The notes below the pieces were generated by a model that worked only from the letters and a program-made list of their open reading frames with translations, did no database searches and was not told where the DNA came from. Below, piece by piece: positions 34,639 through 45,389 of a stretch of 64,000 nt of DNA. Where the stretch lies: IMG/VR virus record IMGVR_UViG_3300006802_000073, positions 64,001 through 128,000 of that record, one strand, 5' to 3'. Source of the DNA: a virus. A program made the translations under genes and the position numbers. The first letter of the stretch is position 1. The number at the start of each line of letters is the position of its first letter.

Positions 34639-35326
34639 AAGATATTACATTCCAACAGTTATTATTAAACTCGTTATTTGGATTTAGAAGGGTACCCTTT
34701 CTAATATCATGATAAAACAACTTACCCTCGAGAGTAGACGCTATACTATCAACTAAGCAGTAAAAGCTGCTAGGAACACAGTGAATCTGAGAAGCACCCT
34801 TTATTAGATCAATCCAATTCAACATATTTTGAGAAACTCTAAGATCAACATCAATTACAGGCAAATGTGTGTCTATATTTATATTATATTTAGATTCGCT
34901 CGATTGACGATGTGCCAGTACATATTCTTGCCCATGTGATAGCTGTTGATATAGTTTAGATGCCTTTTGATTAACTTTAGGCAATCTAAACATTGTATAT
35001 CTATACTCGAAAGGCATTTCAACTGACTCATAAAAATTTCTATCAAAATGTGTATGTTCTATGTTTTGAAATCCTATTCTTATTAAGTCTTTCTGTAGAA
35101 CTTTTTGAATATGAGATACCTGTTCAAATTCACCAAAGTAGCTATCGTTATATAGAGGTATTAATTTTACATTGAAATTATCTGTATATAGATAACTAAC
35201 AGTTTCATAATAATTTTCTTTGCAGACTAGATAAATTTTCACCTGTTTTGAAAGGGCATTGACTATACCATTACATATAAAATGATCACCTAGTCCCAAA
35301 TGATGATGAACTATAACTTTAGTCAT
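34622..35326 (-). CDS. putative GT-B-like protein
   Basis: HHHLGLGDHFICNG, IHCVPSSF. Confidence 0.5.
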   Translation of the reverse strand: MTKVIVHHHLGLGDHFICNGIVNALSKQVKIYLVCKENYYETVSYLYTDNFNVKLIPLYNDSYFGEFEQVSHIQKVLQKDLIRIGFQNIEHTHFDRNFYESVEMPFEYRYTMFRLPKVNQKASKLYQQLSHGQEYVLAHRQSSESKYNINIDTHLPVIDVDLRVSQNMLNWIDLIKGASQIHCVPSSFYCLVDSIASTLEGKLFYHDIRKGTLLNPNNEFNNNCWNVISYASKL

Positions 35327-36017
35327 TTAGTTGCCCAAAATCAAACCTATACTGTGTTTGTACATTTTTTGGGTTAAACCCAACACATTCCTTTAGTGTT
35401 GGAGCATACAAAGGCATGTCATGCTCATCATATCCGTTTCCACAAAAAGAAAAGCGATTCTTTAACTTTGCTCTTGTTTCACCGAACCAACCTTCATTCA
35501 TACTATGAATAAGCGTATCACTTTCAACATCTTTCCAAACAAAGTCGCGCAGAAAAATTTGATCACTTAAATATTCTTTTTGTTTTAGCATAAAGTCAAT
35601 CATCACCTCTCTTAGAGAGATAGGTAATCCACCCTTACATGCAAACATCCCCCCCATGATTGGAAATTGAAAATGTGCTTCGTGATCTCGAATAACATGA
35701 AATCGTTTACCACTCTCAACAAACTCTTTCATAGCTTTGCATTCTCTGAATGAAAACCTACTATCTGAGTCCCTACTCGCTATAATGTCATAAGTATCTT
35801 CAAATAAAGGAAAGAATCTCCAAAATAATCCTGGTGAACCATCTTCACATCTTACTAACTCAACATACTGATATTTCTTAAAGTTTGAATAATTATCAGT
35901 ATAAATTCTAATATTCCAATCAGGAAAATACTTATTAGCAAGTTCAATTTGACGATGTGCTCCCACCACATAACGAGGATTATTTCCCCACACAGAAAAG
36001 GATAATAGTTTTTTCAT
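35319..36017 (-). CDS. putative GT-A-like protein
   Basis: SFSVWG..PRY, WRFFP, SRDSDSR, IRDH, DQIFL. Confidence 0.55.
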   Translation of the reverse strand: MKKLLSFSVWGNNPRYVVGAHRQIELANKYFPDWNIRIYTDNYSNFKKYQYVELVRCEDGSPGLFWRFFPLFEDTYDIIASRDSDSRFSFRECKAMKEFVESGKRFHVIRDHEAHFQFPIMGGMFACKGGLPISLREVMIDFMLKQKEYLSDQIFLRDFVWKDVESDTLIHSMNEGWFGETRAKLKNRFSFCGNGYDEHDMPLYAPTLKECVGFNPKNVQTQYRFDFGQLND

Positions 36018-36019
36018 AT

Positions 36020-36736
36020 CTATTTTTTGAACATTTGTAAAATTTGTTGACGATCACCTTTAATCAAACTAAACATAACTTTTAGATCATTGGGGAGAGA
36101 ATTGAAAAGCTGCTGCATCTCAACTTCAGCTTGGTTCTTATTATAGTTGGTTCCCGGAGGATGCTCTATCGTATGATTATAGTCTCTAATGACCAATCTA
36201 CTCTTCAGAAAACTTATTCCTGGAAAAATAATATCCCAACCCCACCCCATTTTATATGGACTCATATCAATCTGTCTATTATTAAACTCTTCTATTATAT
36301 CTTTATGTATAAACCAACAGGTACAATCAGGACAAGATATTAATCTCAAATTGGCATCATCTCTAAACTTTACTTGAGAAATATCTGTTCTCGTAGAATC
36401 ATACCATGTATAGTCTACATTAGGTGCATATATCCCCCATTTATACTTTTCATAATATATCTTTGCATCTTCAATCAATTTATTCCAATTATCATAAGAT
36501 GCATCTGCCTGAATATGGAATAAAATATCACCATCAAATAATTTTAACGCCATTAAAAATTGAGATGTAAAATAAGAACATTCTCCTATATTGATCCAAT
36601 CAACCTCTTGTGCAGTTACTGTATCATCACTATTAATAACAGTAACTTTTAATCCAAGATCTTTTAATTGTTTTTCTTTATATTTGGCTTTTTCATATTG
36701 ACCTCGCCAATTAAAAATAAATGAGTGTATTTGCAT
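36020..36736 (-). CDS. putative GT2-like glycosyltransferase
   Basis: VINSD, IQADA, GWGWD. Confidence 0.55.
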   Translation of the reverse strand: MQIHSFIFNWRGQYEKAKYKEKQLKDLGLKVTVINSDDTVTAQEVDWINIGECSYFTSQFLMALKLFDGDILFHIQADASYDNWNKLIEDAKIYYEKYKWGIYAPNVDYTWYDSTRTDISQVKFRDDANLRLISCPDCTCWFIHKDIIEEFNNRQIDMSPYKMGWGWDIIFPGISFLKSRLVIRDYNHTIEHPPGTNYNKNQAEVEMQQLFNSLPNDLKVMFSLIKGDRQQILQMFKK

Positions 36737-37607
36737 CTCTCGATTCAATCTTTCTATAAACAATAGCATCAAACCAATTTAAAAAATTATCATAAAGATA
36801 ATAAGAAGGAGGAATGTTAAAAGGAAACTTTGGTTGAGTCAAAATTCTATTATACAGTTCATCATCATTATATATAGCCATAATTGTTTCAATACAATGG
36901 TTTATATCTTTATAACTGTGAACATTGATAAAAGCATTTGGATTGAAGTCAAGTGATACTGTAGGACTACCCCAATAGATTGGCACTGTACCAGCATAAA
37001 AAGCATGAAGAATCTTTTCTGTTACATAACCAGGATGAGATCCGCTTTCAAAGCAAATATTAAACTTATGTTTAGCTAAGTAGTTGATCTTATCTACTTC
37101 AGTATCTAATTGTACATCAACATTCTTTAAATGTCTACCTGCACTATGAACTAGTTTTCTTTCATTTAATTTTTGAAAAAAATCATTTCTCTCCTTACAT
37201 CCACCATTACTTACAACAAAAGAACAGAAATCTGTCTTAGGTTGAATATGATTCTCTAGAATATAGTCCTGGGGATAAGGTGCTTTATGTATATTCTCTA
37301 AAGACCAAATATAGATCATAAACAGAGGCAACCGATAATGCCATGGATTAAAGTTATGATCAAAAGTTATTGCATAATGGCAATCATAATTTTCTGGTCT
37401 ACGATTTTCACCAGTGTAAAAAATTTTAATACAATCCAGCTTTGAAAAGTTTTTGTTATTTGTACCAAAATTTTCATCACCAAAGATGAGAAACTCTGGT
37501 TTCTCATTATCAATCTCAATATCATATCTTTTAGAGAGAATGTGATAAAAGAATGATGCTAGATGGTCATGTGTATCAGTAAATCCTAGTTTCAGTTTTT
37601 GTTTCAT
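36711..37607 (-). CDS. GT10 (alpha-1,3-fucosyltransferase-like)
   Basis: FYTGEN, FCSFVVSN, KFNICFES..PGYVTEKI, VPIYWG. Confidence 0.88.
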   Translation of the reverse strand: MKQKLKLGFTDTHDHLASFFYHILSKRYDIEIDNEKPEFLIFGDENFGTNNKNFSKLDCIKIFYTGENRRPENYDCHYAITFDHNFNPWHYRLPLFMIYIWSLENIHKAPYPQDYILENHIQPKTDFCSFVVSNGGCKERNDFFQKLNERKLVHSAGRHLKNVDVQLDTEVDKINYLAKHKFNICFESGSHPGYVTEKILHAFYAGTVPIYWGSPTVSLDFNPNAFINVHSYKDINHCIETIMAIYNDDELYNRILTQPKFPFNIPPSYYLYDNFLNWFDAIVYRKIESRDANTLIYF

Positions 37608-38524
37608 AATTTATTCAACTCTCTTTCAATAATGTACTTTATATTGTCAGGTGAATGATCTGTAACTAAATGGTAATCACACTTCTTATCTATTCCGTTA
37701 GACATCGATTCTCTTTCACCACGACTAAACGAGATAATCTTTTTTGTGGAATCCATCAGATTATTATAGGTTTCACAGAAAACGAATGGACCTGAGTTCT
37801 TCCCTATAATCATATCACATTTTGTACTCAAATACGATATCTCGTTTAGATCACAATTGTTTAAACTTCTATCATTCCATGGAGTCTTATAAGTGTATTC
37901 TTCTTTATCAGCAATAATTTCATCTGTGAAACATATATTAGGAATACTACAATTAAACTTTTTAGTACAAATGAAATCTATATCTTTATACTTAAGGGCA
38001 AACTCTTGAATCTCAGCCTCCATTGAGGATTGAAAAGATTGACCCGACATTGGTATACCATTACAGATTAGCACCTTTTTTTGTGATGATCTTTGCTTCA
38101 AGTATACTTCAATAGATTCTAAATTGAAAAAAGAGTAATTAACTGTGGGAAGATACTTAGTAATGTCGTTGTAAGTAACCAGATTAACATTAAATAAACT
38201 ATTAATGGTCTCATATATTGTTGTCCAACTTCTAGATAACGATTGTAGATTTACTCCTCCACATTCATTAAAAATCTGTGAATGCACACCAATCCAAGTA
38301 TTAATCAGAAGAGTATCTTCATGTCTATAAAATAAATGATTTTTGGGTACTTTAGGAACACCAGTCAATGGAATTTGTAGATCAAGATTAACTTTAGGAT
38401 GGTTAAAATGCCAATACTCATAGTCCACATTTTTTAATGATTTTTTTATCTCACGAACGAACTCTTTATGAGTAAAAAGATCACCACGGTGAAAGTGATT
38501 GAAGAATACTATTCTGTTAAACAC
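37604..38524 (-). CDS. putative GT-B-like protein (GTG start)
   Basis: FNHFHRGDL, IIGKNSGP. Confidence 0.5.
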   Translation of the reverse strand: MFNRIVFFNHFHRGDLFTHKEFVREIKKSLKNVDYEYWHFNHPKVNLDLQIPLTGVPKVPKNHLFYRHEDTLLINTWIGVHSQIFNECGGVNLQSLSRSWTTIYETINSLFNVNLVTYNDITKYLPTVNYSFFNLESIEVYLKQRSSQKKVLICNGIPMSGQSFQSSMEAEIQEFALKYKDIDFICTKKFNCSIPNICFTDEIIADKEEYTYKTPWNDRSLNNCDLNEISYLSTKCDMIIGKNSGPFVFCETYNNLMDSTKKIISFSRGERESMSNGIDKKCDYHLVTDHSPDNIKYIIERELNKL

Positions 38525-38861
38525 TATCGATACCTTTATAAAGTTTAACTGAATCTTCAACTAAACTTTTGTTTCTTACAATACAATCATCGATCATTAG
38601 ATTAATAGCTTGAACAAATTTTGGTCTTTTTACTTTAAAGCAAATATCTATTTTGCGCTTTAGCTCTGCAATCTCAGCATCAGTCTTTGCTCCTTGAATT
38701 GCATCCTCTAACATCCAAGTACGAATGTGAAGAATTACTAACTTCTCTATAACCTCACCCAAATTGTCTGTAGCAACATATTCAGTATCGGGTAGAGTTC
38801 TTTGTGTTAGAGTTTTCTCTACTGCTTGCTTAATTGTTTCCTCTATTGAAACACCTATCAT
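38517..38861 (-). CDS. DUF4254-like helical protein
   Basis: LGEVIEKLVILHIRTWMLED...R. Confidence 0.5.
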   Translation of the reverse strand: MIGVSIEETIKQAVEKTLTQRTLPDTEYVATDNLGEVIEKLVILHIRTWMLEDAIQGAKTDAEIAELKRKIDICFKVKRPKFVQAINLMIDDCIVRNKSLVEDSVKLYKGIDSV

Positions 38862-40024
38862 AATACTTCTCCAATAATTTTGTGAAGAAACTGCATATCT
38901 TTATCTTTGACAAAGTGATTGTTACCAATATACACACCTTTTTTCTGAATAATATCAAGATTGGTAATCTTCTTTGTAGTTGTTAATGAATAAGATTTTA
39001 AGAAAGGTTGTTCCAAAAGATTGCCACTCACAATTGGTCTATACTCAATACCGTTCTTAATGAATACTTGTTTAAGTTTCTTCATTGTATCTTCTTTTCT
39101 ACAAATGAAGGGAAAGCAAAAACTACTAGCATAAAAATCTCTCTGGTGTGGATAGAATAATCTATCATAATACTTAATTATTTCACAATAATTTTTATAA
39201 TTTCTTTCACGTTGTTCATTCATGCGATCTAAACGTTTAAGTTGTTCAATACCTAAAACAGCACAGATCTCATGATTTCTAAAGTTATAACCATCCGTCA
39301 TAAAAAGAAACTGTTTGTCGATATGTGGATAAGCATTAGCATAAACATCGTACCAAGTTGATTCACGCGCTAATCCATGGCTACGTTTCATTCTCATGAG
39401 ATCATAAAGATCTTCATTATTTGTGCATACCATTCCACCTTCAATTGTGGACATATGATGACCAAAATAAAAACTAAATGTGGCACCTAAACTTTTTGAT
39501 CCAACTTTTTCTGGAAAATTACTACGTATAATACACCCATGTGATTCACATATATCTTCTAGTATAAGAGCTTTTGGAAAAATAGTTCTTAATACAGAGC
39601 AATCACTAGGAAAACCTAGTAAATGTGTGGTAAAAATTAGTTTAATATCTCGATGAACTTTTTCTATTGCACAAACTTCGTTATAATCAAAACTAAAATC
39701 TTGTAAATTGATATCACAAAAGATAGGTTGTAACCCCAATTGAATAATTGGTGCGACATTAGTCATCCAAGTACATCCGGGTAGCAAAACTTTATCACCG
39801 GGCTGTAACTTAAAATGTTCTTTTACTGCAGCAATGAGAAGAAAGTTTGCTGTACTACCACTTGAAACAAAAAGTGAATGTTTACACCCTAACCACTCAC
39901 TCCATTGTTTTTCAAAATCATATACTTTTTTACCATTAGTAAATCTTTTGGTAGTAAGTACGAACTTAGCCATCTTGACTCTATCCATAAAGGTAATTGT
40001 TTCACCCATCAAAGGCCATCTCAT
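38858..40024 (-). CDS. colD: ColD-like GDP-4-keto-6-deoxymannose 3-dehydratase (DegT family)
   Basis: VSSGSTAN, EDICESHG, FSFYFGHHMSTIEGG (His at Lys site), no Fe-S Cys motif, next to gmd/fcl. Confidence 0.75.
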   Translation of the reverse strand: MRWPLMGETITFMDRVKMAKFVLTTKRFTNGKKVYDFEKQWSEWLGCKHSLFVSSGSTANFLLIAAVKEHFKLQPGDKVLLPGCTWMTNVAPIIQLGLQPIFCDINLQDFSFDYNEVCAIEKVHRDIKLIFTTHLLGFPSDCSVLRTIFPKALILEDICESHGCIIRSNFPEKVGSKSLGATFSFYFGHHMSTIEGGMVCTNNEDLYDLMRMKRSHGLARESTWYDVYANAYPHIDKQFLFMTDGYNFRNHEICAVLGIEQLKRLDRMNEQRERNYKNYCEIIKYYDRLFYPHQRDFYASSFCFPFICRKEDTMKKLKQVFIKNGIEYRPIVSGNLLEQPFLKSYSLTTTKKITNLDIIQKKGVYIGNNHFVKDKDMQFLHKIIGEVL

Positions 40025-40958
40025 AGAAATCTATCCTTATTAGCAATAAACCAATTTACAGATCTCTCTAATCCTTCTTCAAATGACACTTTTGGTCTCC
40101 ACCCAAGAGAAAATAACTTTTCATTGTCAATTTTACGACGAGGAGTACCATTAGGTTTATTGATGTTCCAAAAGATTTCACCTTCATAACCAATCTTCTT
40201 TTTAATGATATCAGAAAGATCTTTGATAGTAATTTCAACATCACTACCAATGTTAATATGATCGGGTGAATCATAATAATTCATAAGAAAAATACAAGCA
40301 TCTGCTAAATCATCTACATACAAAAATTCTCGCGTAGGTGTTCCATCTCCCCATGCCTCAACTTGTGGTAGATTGTTTACTTTAGCATTGTAAAACTTGT
40401 TAATCATACCAGGAATTACGTGGCATCTATCAGGGTGAAAATTATCATTAATACATACAGATTAGCAGGCATAACACTGATAGCATTGAAACCAAATTGT
40501 TTATGATACGCCTGACACATGCGTAGACCTGCAATCTTTGCTAGTGCGTATGGTTCATTAGTAGGTTCTAATGGTGCAGTGAGTAAATACTCTTCTTTAA
40601 TAGGTTGTGGTGTGACTTTAGGATAGATACATGCACTACCTAAAAATAATAACTTTTTACAATTTACATGCCAAGCTGCATTGATTACATTGTTCTGTAT
40701 AGCAAGATTATCGAAGATAAAATCAGCTGGATGAGTGGCATTGTAGTTAATGCCACCTACTTTAGCTGCAGCTAAGAAAACATAATCGGGTTTTTCTTTT
40801 TCAAAAAATTGATTAACTGCTGTTTGGAATCTAAGATCTACTTTTTCTTTATCCACCACTAGTATATTACTATAACCTAGTTCAGTTAGACGTCTAACTA
40901 ATGAAGATCCAACTAAACCTCTATGTCCTGCAACAAAAATTTTCTCATGTTTATTCAT
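40021..40958 (-). pseudogene. fcl: GDP-fucose/colitose synthase (Fcl/ColC) split by a 1-nt deletion
   Basis: [23 protein letters not shown]; one extra G at 40454 restores PANLYGINDNF...HVIPG, joining WGDGTPTREFL. Confidence 0.85.
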
Positions 40959-41955
40959 TGCACATCTCATTCACTAATTTTTCAAATGTATATTCAGGTT
41001 TCCATCCCAATACATCTCTTGCTTTTGTGGCATCACCTAATAAAGAATCTACTTCTGATGGTCGAAAATATCTCGGATCAACTCTAATTACTGGTTGACC
41101 AGTAAAACGATCATAACCCACTTCGTTTTCACTCTCGCCCTCCCAATATATACTCATTTTGAAATGAGGAGCACACTCTTCAATAAATTCTTTAACTGAA
41201 TACTGCTCCCCTGTTGCAATAACATAATCATCAGGTGTTTCTTGTTGCATCATTAACCACATTGCTCTAGCATAGTCTTTTGCATGTCCCCAATCACGCT
41301 TTGCATTTAAATTGCCCAAATATAATACATCTTGTTTACCCTTACAGATATTTCTTAATCCATCTACAATCTTCTTAGTCACAAAATTATGTCCACGGCG
41401 AGGTGACTCATGGTTGAAAAGTATACCAGTACAAGCAAACATATTATATGCTTCTCGGTAATTTTTTACTATCCAATATCCATATAGTTTCGCCACTCCA
41501 TAGGGGGAACGAGGATAGAACGGAGTAGTTTCTTTTTGAGGAGTCTCTTGCACCAATCCATATAGTTCAGATGTCGATGCTTGATAAATTTTTGTTACTT
41601 TTTCTAATTTTAGAAATCTAACTGCTTCTAATATTCTCAATGTCCCTACAGCATCAACTTGAGCTGTATATTCAGGTATCTCAAAGGAGACTTTAACATG
41701 ACTCTGAGCCGCTAAATTGTATATCTCATTAGGACATACTTTTTGAATAATAGAAGTTAGAGAAAGAGAATCAGTAACATCACCATAATGTAATTTTAGA
41801 TTTGGATGCTCATATACATGATCAATTCTACTTGTATTAATAGAAGAACTACGGCGAATTATACCATGTACTTCATAATTTTTTTCAAGTAAAAGTTCTG
41901 CTAGATAAGATCCATCTTGACCTGTAATACCTGTAATTAAAGCAACTTTCTTCAT
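40951..41955 (-). CDS. gmd: GDP-mannose 4,6-dehydratase
   Basis: [42 protein letters not shown]. Confidence 0.97.
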   Translation of the reverse strand: MKKVALITGITGQDGSYLAELLLEKNYEVHGIIRRSSSINTSRIDHVYEHPNLKLHYGDVTDSLSLTSIIQKVCPNEIYNLAAQSHVKVSFEIPEYTAQVDAVGTLRILEAVRFLKLEKVTKIYQASTSELYGLVQETPQKETTPFYPRSPYGVAKLYGYWIVKNYREAYNMFACTGILFNHESPRRGHNFVTKKIVDGLRNICKGKQDVLYLGNLNAKRDWGHAKDYARAMWLMMQQETPDDYVIATGEQYSVKEFIEECAPHFKMSIYWEGESENEVGYDRFTGQPVIRVDPRYFRPSEVDSLLGDATKARDVLGWKPEYTFEKLVNEMCNE

Positions 41956-41982
41956 TATATTTTCCACATTGTTTTTATATAA

Positions 41983-42014
41983 TAAAGGAAGCGGGCTTAA
42001 GCCCGCTTCCTTTA
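41983..42014. terminator. 32-bp perfect palindrome, probable terminator
   Basis: TAAAGGAAGCGGGCTT/AAGCCCGCTTCCTTTA. Confidence 0.75.
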
Positions 42015-42027
42015 ACTTCCTTGTTAT

Positions 42028-43194
42028 TTATACTGCAGTATTTTCAGGTGTTACTTCTTGTTGTGGTTGTTCTTGAATAGGTTGTGTTTCAGTATCAATT
42101 TTAGAATAAAGATCTAAAAAAGCACCTTTAGTTTCTTCATCGAACCTATTGATACAAAGTTGAATTGCTTTCTGTTTATCTTTAAACATGCTATAGGCTT
42201 TAACAATATGAACTAGACGACGAGTAGAAATGAGTTCATCGATAGCACCTTCTTGGAAGGTTTTGCGAATGATATCTGCCCATGTTACCAGTTTATCTGC
42301 AAAACTTTCATCTGTGCAATTATGTACATCCATATTATTAATAATAATCTTTTTTTCTACTGATGAAGAAGGATATTCTTGTTCAATTGTAATGGGAAAC
42401 CGTTCTAGAAATGCTTCATCGAGAATCTGAGCAGCAATAAACTTTCCATCTTCAGTACCTCGTCCTTTAGTATTTGCTGTTGCAATTACATTAAAGCCCC
42501 TAGCTGCATGTACAACCTCACCTGTCTTTTTATTGAAATATGGTTTACCTTCTAGAATAGCTTGCAAGCACATTAGTTTATTAGATCCACGATCAATTTC
42601 ATCTAGAATGACTACAGCACCACGTTTCATTGCAGTTAGAAATGGTCCTTCACGATAAACGATATTGCCATCTACAAGAGTATTTCCACCAATTAGATCA
42701 TCTTCATCTGTCTCAATTGATACATTGATACGAATACATTCCCTCTTAATACGAGCACAGATTTGCTCAACCATTGTTGTCTTACCGTTACCAGAAAGTC
42801 CAGTGATAAACACGGGATAGAATTCATATGAACGAATAATCGATTCTAGATCCTTGAAAAATCCAAAAGGAACATATGTCGAATCTTTTTCAGGAACAAG
42901 ATTGTCTACTTCTGTATGCATACGTTTCTGCCGTAGAGGAACTACTGCCATTGCGGGTTCAGTTTCAATAACTTTTTCTTCACTCTTGGCCACAGGTGCA
43001 TTGACGATAAAATTATACAATCCATGACCACTTTTATATGTACCAAAATTAAAGATGAAGAATGGAAAGGGATATTTGTTTTCTTCAATAAAAGAAAGAA
43101 TCTGTTTCCTAGTAACAATTGGACCAAACTTCTCAACTAGTTGAGAAATAACTTTCTTTTGTTGCTCAGGAGTATAAAAACTAGTGCGTGCCAT
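42028..43194 (-). CDS. MoxR-like AAA+ ATPase (phage CobS-like)
   Basis: GLSGNGKT, ETDEDDLIGG, ILDEID, ATANTKGRG, AFLERF, ISTRRL. Confidence 0.92.
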   Translation of the reverse strand: MARTSFYTPEQQKKVISQLVEKFGPIVTRKQILSFIEENKYPFPFFIFNFGTYKSGHGLYNFIVNAPVAKSEEKVIETEPAMAVVPLRQKRMHTEVDNLVPEKDSTYVPFGFFKDLESIIRSYEFYPVFITGLSGNGKTTMVEQICARIKRECIRINVSIETDEDDLIGGNTLVDGNIVYREGPFLTAMKRGAVVILDEIDRGSNKLMCLQAILEGKPYFNKKTGEVVHAARGFNVIATANTKGRGTEDGKFIAAQILDEAFLERFPITIEQEYPSSSVEKKIIINNMDVHNCTDESFADKLVTWADIIRKTFQEGAIDELISTRRLVHIVKAYSMFKDKQKAIQLCINRFDEETKGAFLDLYSKIDTETQPIQEQPQQEVTPENTAV

Positions 43195-43226
43195 AATGTA
43201 TATCCCTTCTTCAATGTTAAAAATAT

Positions 43227-43255
43227 ATTATAATATAACTAGAATCAGATGTCAA
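43227..43255 (-). promoter_or_regulatory. sigma70-type early promoter (17-bp spacer)
   Basis: TTGACA-N17-TATAAT. Confidence 0.8.
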
Positions 43256-43263
43256 GCAAAATC

Positions 43264-45327
43264 TTAGGAGATAATCTCAGCAAATCTGTTAAGAAACATA
43301 CGATTAAAATTCTTTTTATTTCTGTTGAGAATAAATGCCTTTTTCAATTCATTCTTAGATGCTTTTTCAGATACCTCTATACCATCATCATTAATTTCTA
43401 GATCCTTTCCACCTGTAAGAATAAAGAAACTATCATAACCTCCACCATTGATCTCATAATATTTTTGTTTTCTAAATTTCTTAAAATTTTCTTCTGTAAG
43501 AAGTTTAGAACTATAAATTGAGATATATTTATGGATCTTAGATCTTGTATTACCTGCCAAGAAGAATCCAACAACATTAGAATCGGTTAACTGTTTAAAT
43601 AGTTGAAGTAAAGCACACGTAAGAGGTTGCTTACTATGTGATAGCCCTTGTAGTTTAGTTTCTGGATCAGTGATTATACGAGTTGAAGAATATCTAGGCA
43701 GATATGTTGCCCCGTTATTGTTTATAACATTATATGATGTGCAACCATCAGACTCTCCATCTGAAAGAAAGATAGTATTCACAATATCAAGTTTATTAAC
43801 TTTTTTAAATTCTTTTACCAGAGGAATAGCGGCGATAATAGCTTCATCCAAAGGAGTAGAATTTAGTTTTTCTGAATAAGGCATTACAAATTTATTGTTA
43901 TATGTATAGGATTCAGCAATAAGTAGAAGAACTTTCAACGCATGTTTAAATTCACGGCTAGACATTCTTGAATTAATATACTCACGTAGTCTAAATCCTC
44001 GTTCTGGGAAGATAGGATTACCATCTTCTACATTAGGGAATAATGGAATTTTTTGTTCTTCTGCTACTGTGGGGATTTCCTTATATAGGTCTGCGGCATT
44101 AGTAAACGAGTAAACATGAAAGGGGATATTAATTTTTCTGCAGAACATTGCTAATAGAATAGTTTGTTCTATTGTTGCCTTAAAATGATCATGCATTGAC
44201 ATAGAAAAATCAATAAACATAATCAACCCATGATTTTTACCATTAGGGATGATAGTCATGCGTTTAAAGAGATCATCAGCAATTTTATATGAAAAAAGTT
44301 TCTTGGTATCAAGCTCACCTGTCTTTGATACTGCTGCTCTTGCAAATTGCTGAGCATTTTTCCTCAACTCAAATTCCTTGACCATATAAGCAACATATTT
44401 CTCATTTTTCTTTTTAAACTCTGAAAATAGTTTGTTTCTTTCTACTTCGATATCGGAAAGAATTGCGAGATCATAGTTTTTGTAGACATCATAATAACTT
44501 TGAGCAATATTCTTATATACTGTTTTATAGCCAATAATTCGAGGTCTCCAATTCATCTTAGGTAAAGTAAGATAAATAGTATCTTCAGAAGATTCTTCTC
44601 TCAGATCACTCTCACGATTTCTAAATTCTTGATCCGTGATAGATATAGGATCTATTTCTTCATCTACTTCTTCATCTACTTCTTCATAATAATCTGAATC
44701 AGCATCTTCTCCATCCTGATCCATCATCTCATCCATGATATCAAAGTGGAGAAGATTAGATTCAGTCTTTTTCGCATAATCATATATCTCAGTAGATACT
44801 TTCTCTACATCACTCCACGTCTGACAAGTATCAACCTTATCTACATAATATTGTTCTGCTGTATTGAATTTTAGATTGAGAATAGAACCAAGTTTAAAAT
44901 GAAGATTGATTCTATCAATCAAAGGCAACTTCTCTACATCTAGATTATATTTTTTCACTCCAAAGAAATCATTATCAAATAGAATTCTATATGCGGAGTA
45001 AAAGGATTTACGAAGCCCAGGAAATTTTCCTCTAATCATCCTCTCAATTCGAGCATCCTCAACTACATTTAGATAGGTTTTAAATCCCTTTGAATTCTTC
45101 TTATCAATGGCATTATGCCACCCTTCAGCAGGAGTAAAGAGAGCATGTCCGACTTCATGCCCCATTAGAAGATCATATACATCTGCAGTCATGTCTTTCC
45201 ATATAGGGCAGACAAGTGTTCTATTCTTCAACTCAAAGTAGGCAGTTGAGACATTCTTATGTTGCACATTAATATCTTCTTCAGCAAGAAGCTTTGCTAG
45301 AATTGACTTTGATTGGGATAAAATCAC
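43264..45327 (-). CDS. metallopeptidase-like plus vWA protein (phage CobT-like)
   Basis: HEVGH, NVVEDARIE, MIDAS-like DFSMSM, STPL, LSDGE. Confidence 0.88.
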   Translation of the reverse strand: MILSQSKSILAKLLAEEDINVQHKNVSTAYFELKNRTLVCPIWKDMTADVYDLLMGHEVGHALFTPAEGWHNAIDKKNSKGFKTYLNVVEDARIERMIRGKFPGLRKSFYSAYRILFDNDFFGVKKYNLDVEKLPLIDRINLHFKLGSILNLKFNTAEQYYVDKVDTCQTWSDVEKVSTEIYDYAKKTESNLLHFDIMDEMMDQDGEDADSDYYEEVDEEVDEEIDPISITDQEFRNRESDLREESSEDTIYLTLPKMNWRPRIIGYKTVYKNIAQSYYDVYKNYDLAILSDIEVERNKLFSEFKKKNEKYVAYMVKEFELRKNAQQFARAAVSKTGELDTKKLFSYKIADDLFKRMTIIPNGKNHGLIMFIDFSMSMHDHFKATIEQTILLAMFCRKINIPFHVYSFTNAADLYKEIPTVAEEQKIPLFPNVEDGNPIFPERGFRLREYINSRMSSREFKHALKVLLLIAESYTYNNKFVMPYSEKLNSTPLDEAIIAAIPLVKEFKKVNKLDIVNTIFLSDGESDGCTSYNVINNNGATYLPRYSSTRIITDPETKLQGLSHSKQPLTCALLQLFKQLTDSNVVGFFLAGNTRSKIHKYISIYSSKLLTEENFKKFRKQKYYEINGGGYDSFFILTGGKDLEINDDGIEVSEKASKNELKKAFILNRNKKNFNRMFLNRFAEIIS

Positions 45328-45352
45328 TCTTAACTCCTTAACAATTTTTTAT

Positions 45353-45381
45353 ATTATAAATGCTACAAGAGAAGATGTCAA
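45353..45381 (-). promoter_or_regulatory. sigma70-type early promoter (17-bp spacer)
   Basis: TTGACA-N17-TATAAT. Confidence 0.8.
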
Positions 45382-45389
45382 GCAGCATT

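Noticed and set aside
42025-42032. TATAAATA at the end of the AAA gene as late promoter for the sugar island
   Set aside because: It lies upstream of the palindromic terminator-like element and may be chance in AT-rich DNA; cannot be decided without TSS data.
43227-43260. TTTGCTT next to promoters as T4 MotA boxes
   Set aside because: It overlaps a perfect TTGACA and lies further from TATAAT than MotA-box spacing allows.
44656-44687. 12-bp tandem repeat in the vWA gene
   Set aside because: It encodes an ordinary acidic linker (EEVDEEVDEEID).
42028-45327. CobS/CobT as cobalamin auxiliary metabolic genes
   Set aside because: No cobN is present; a MoxR AAA+/vWA pair is a routine T4-superfamily component.
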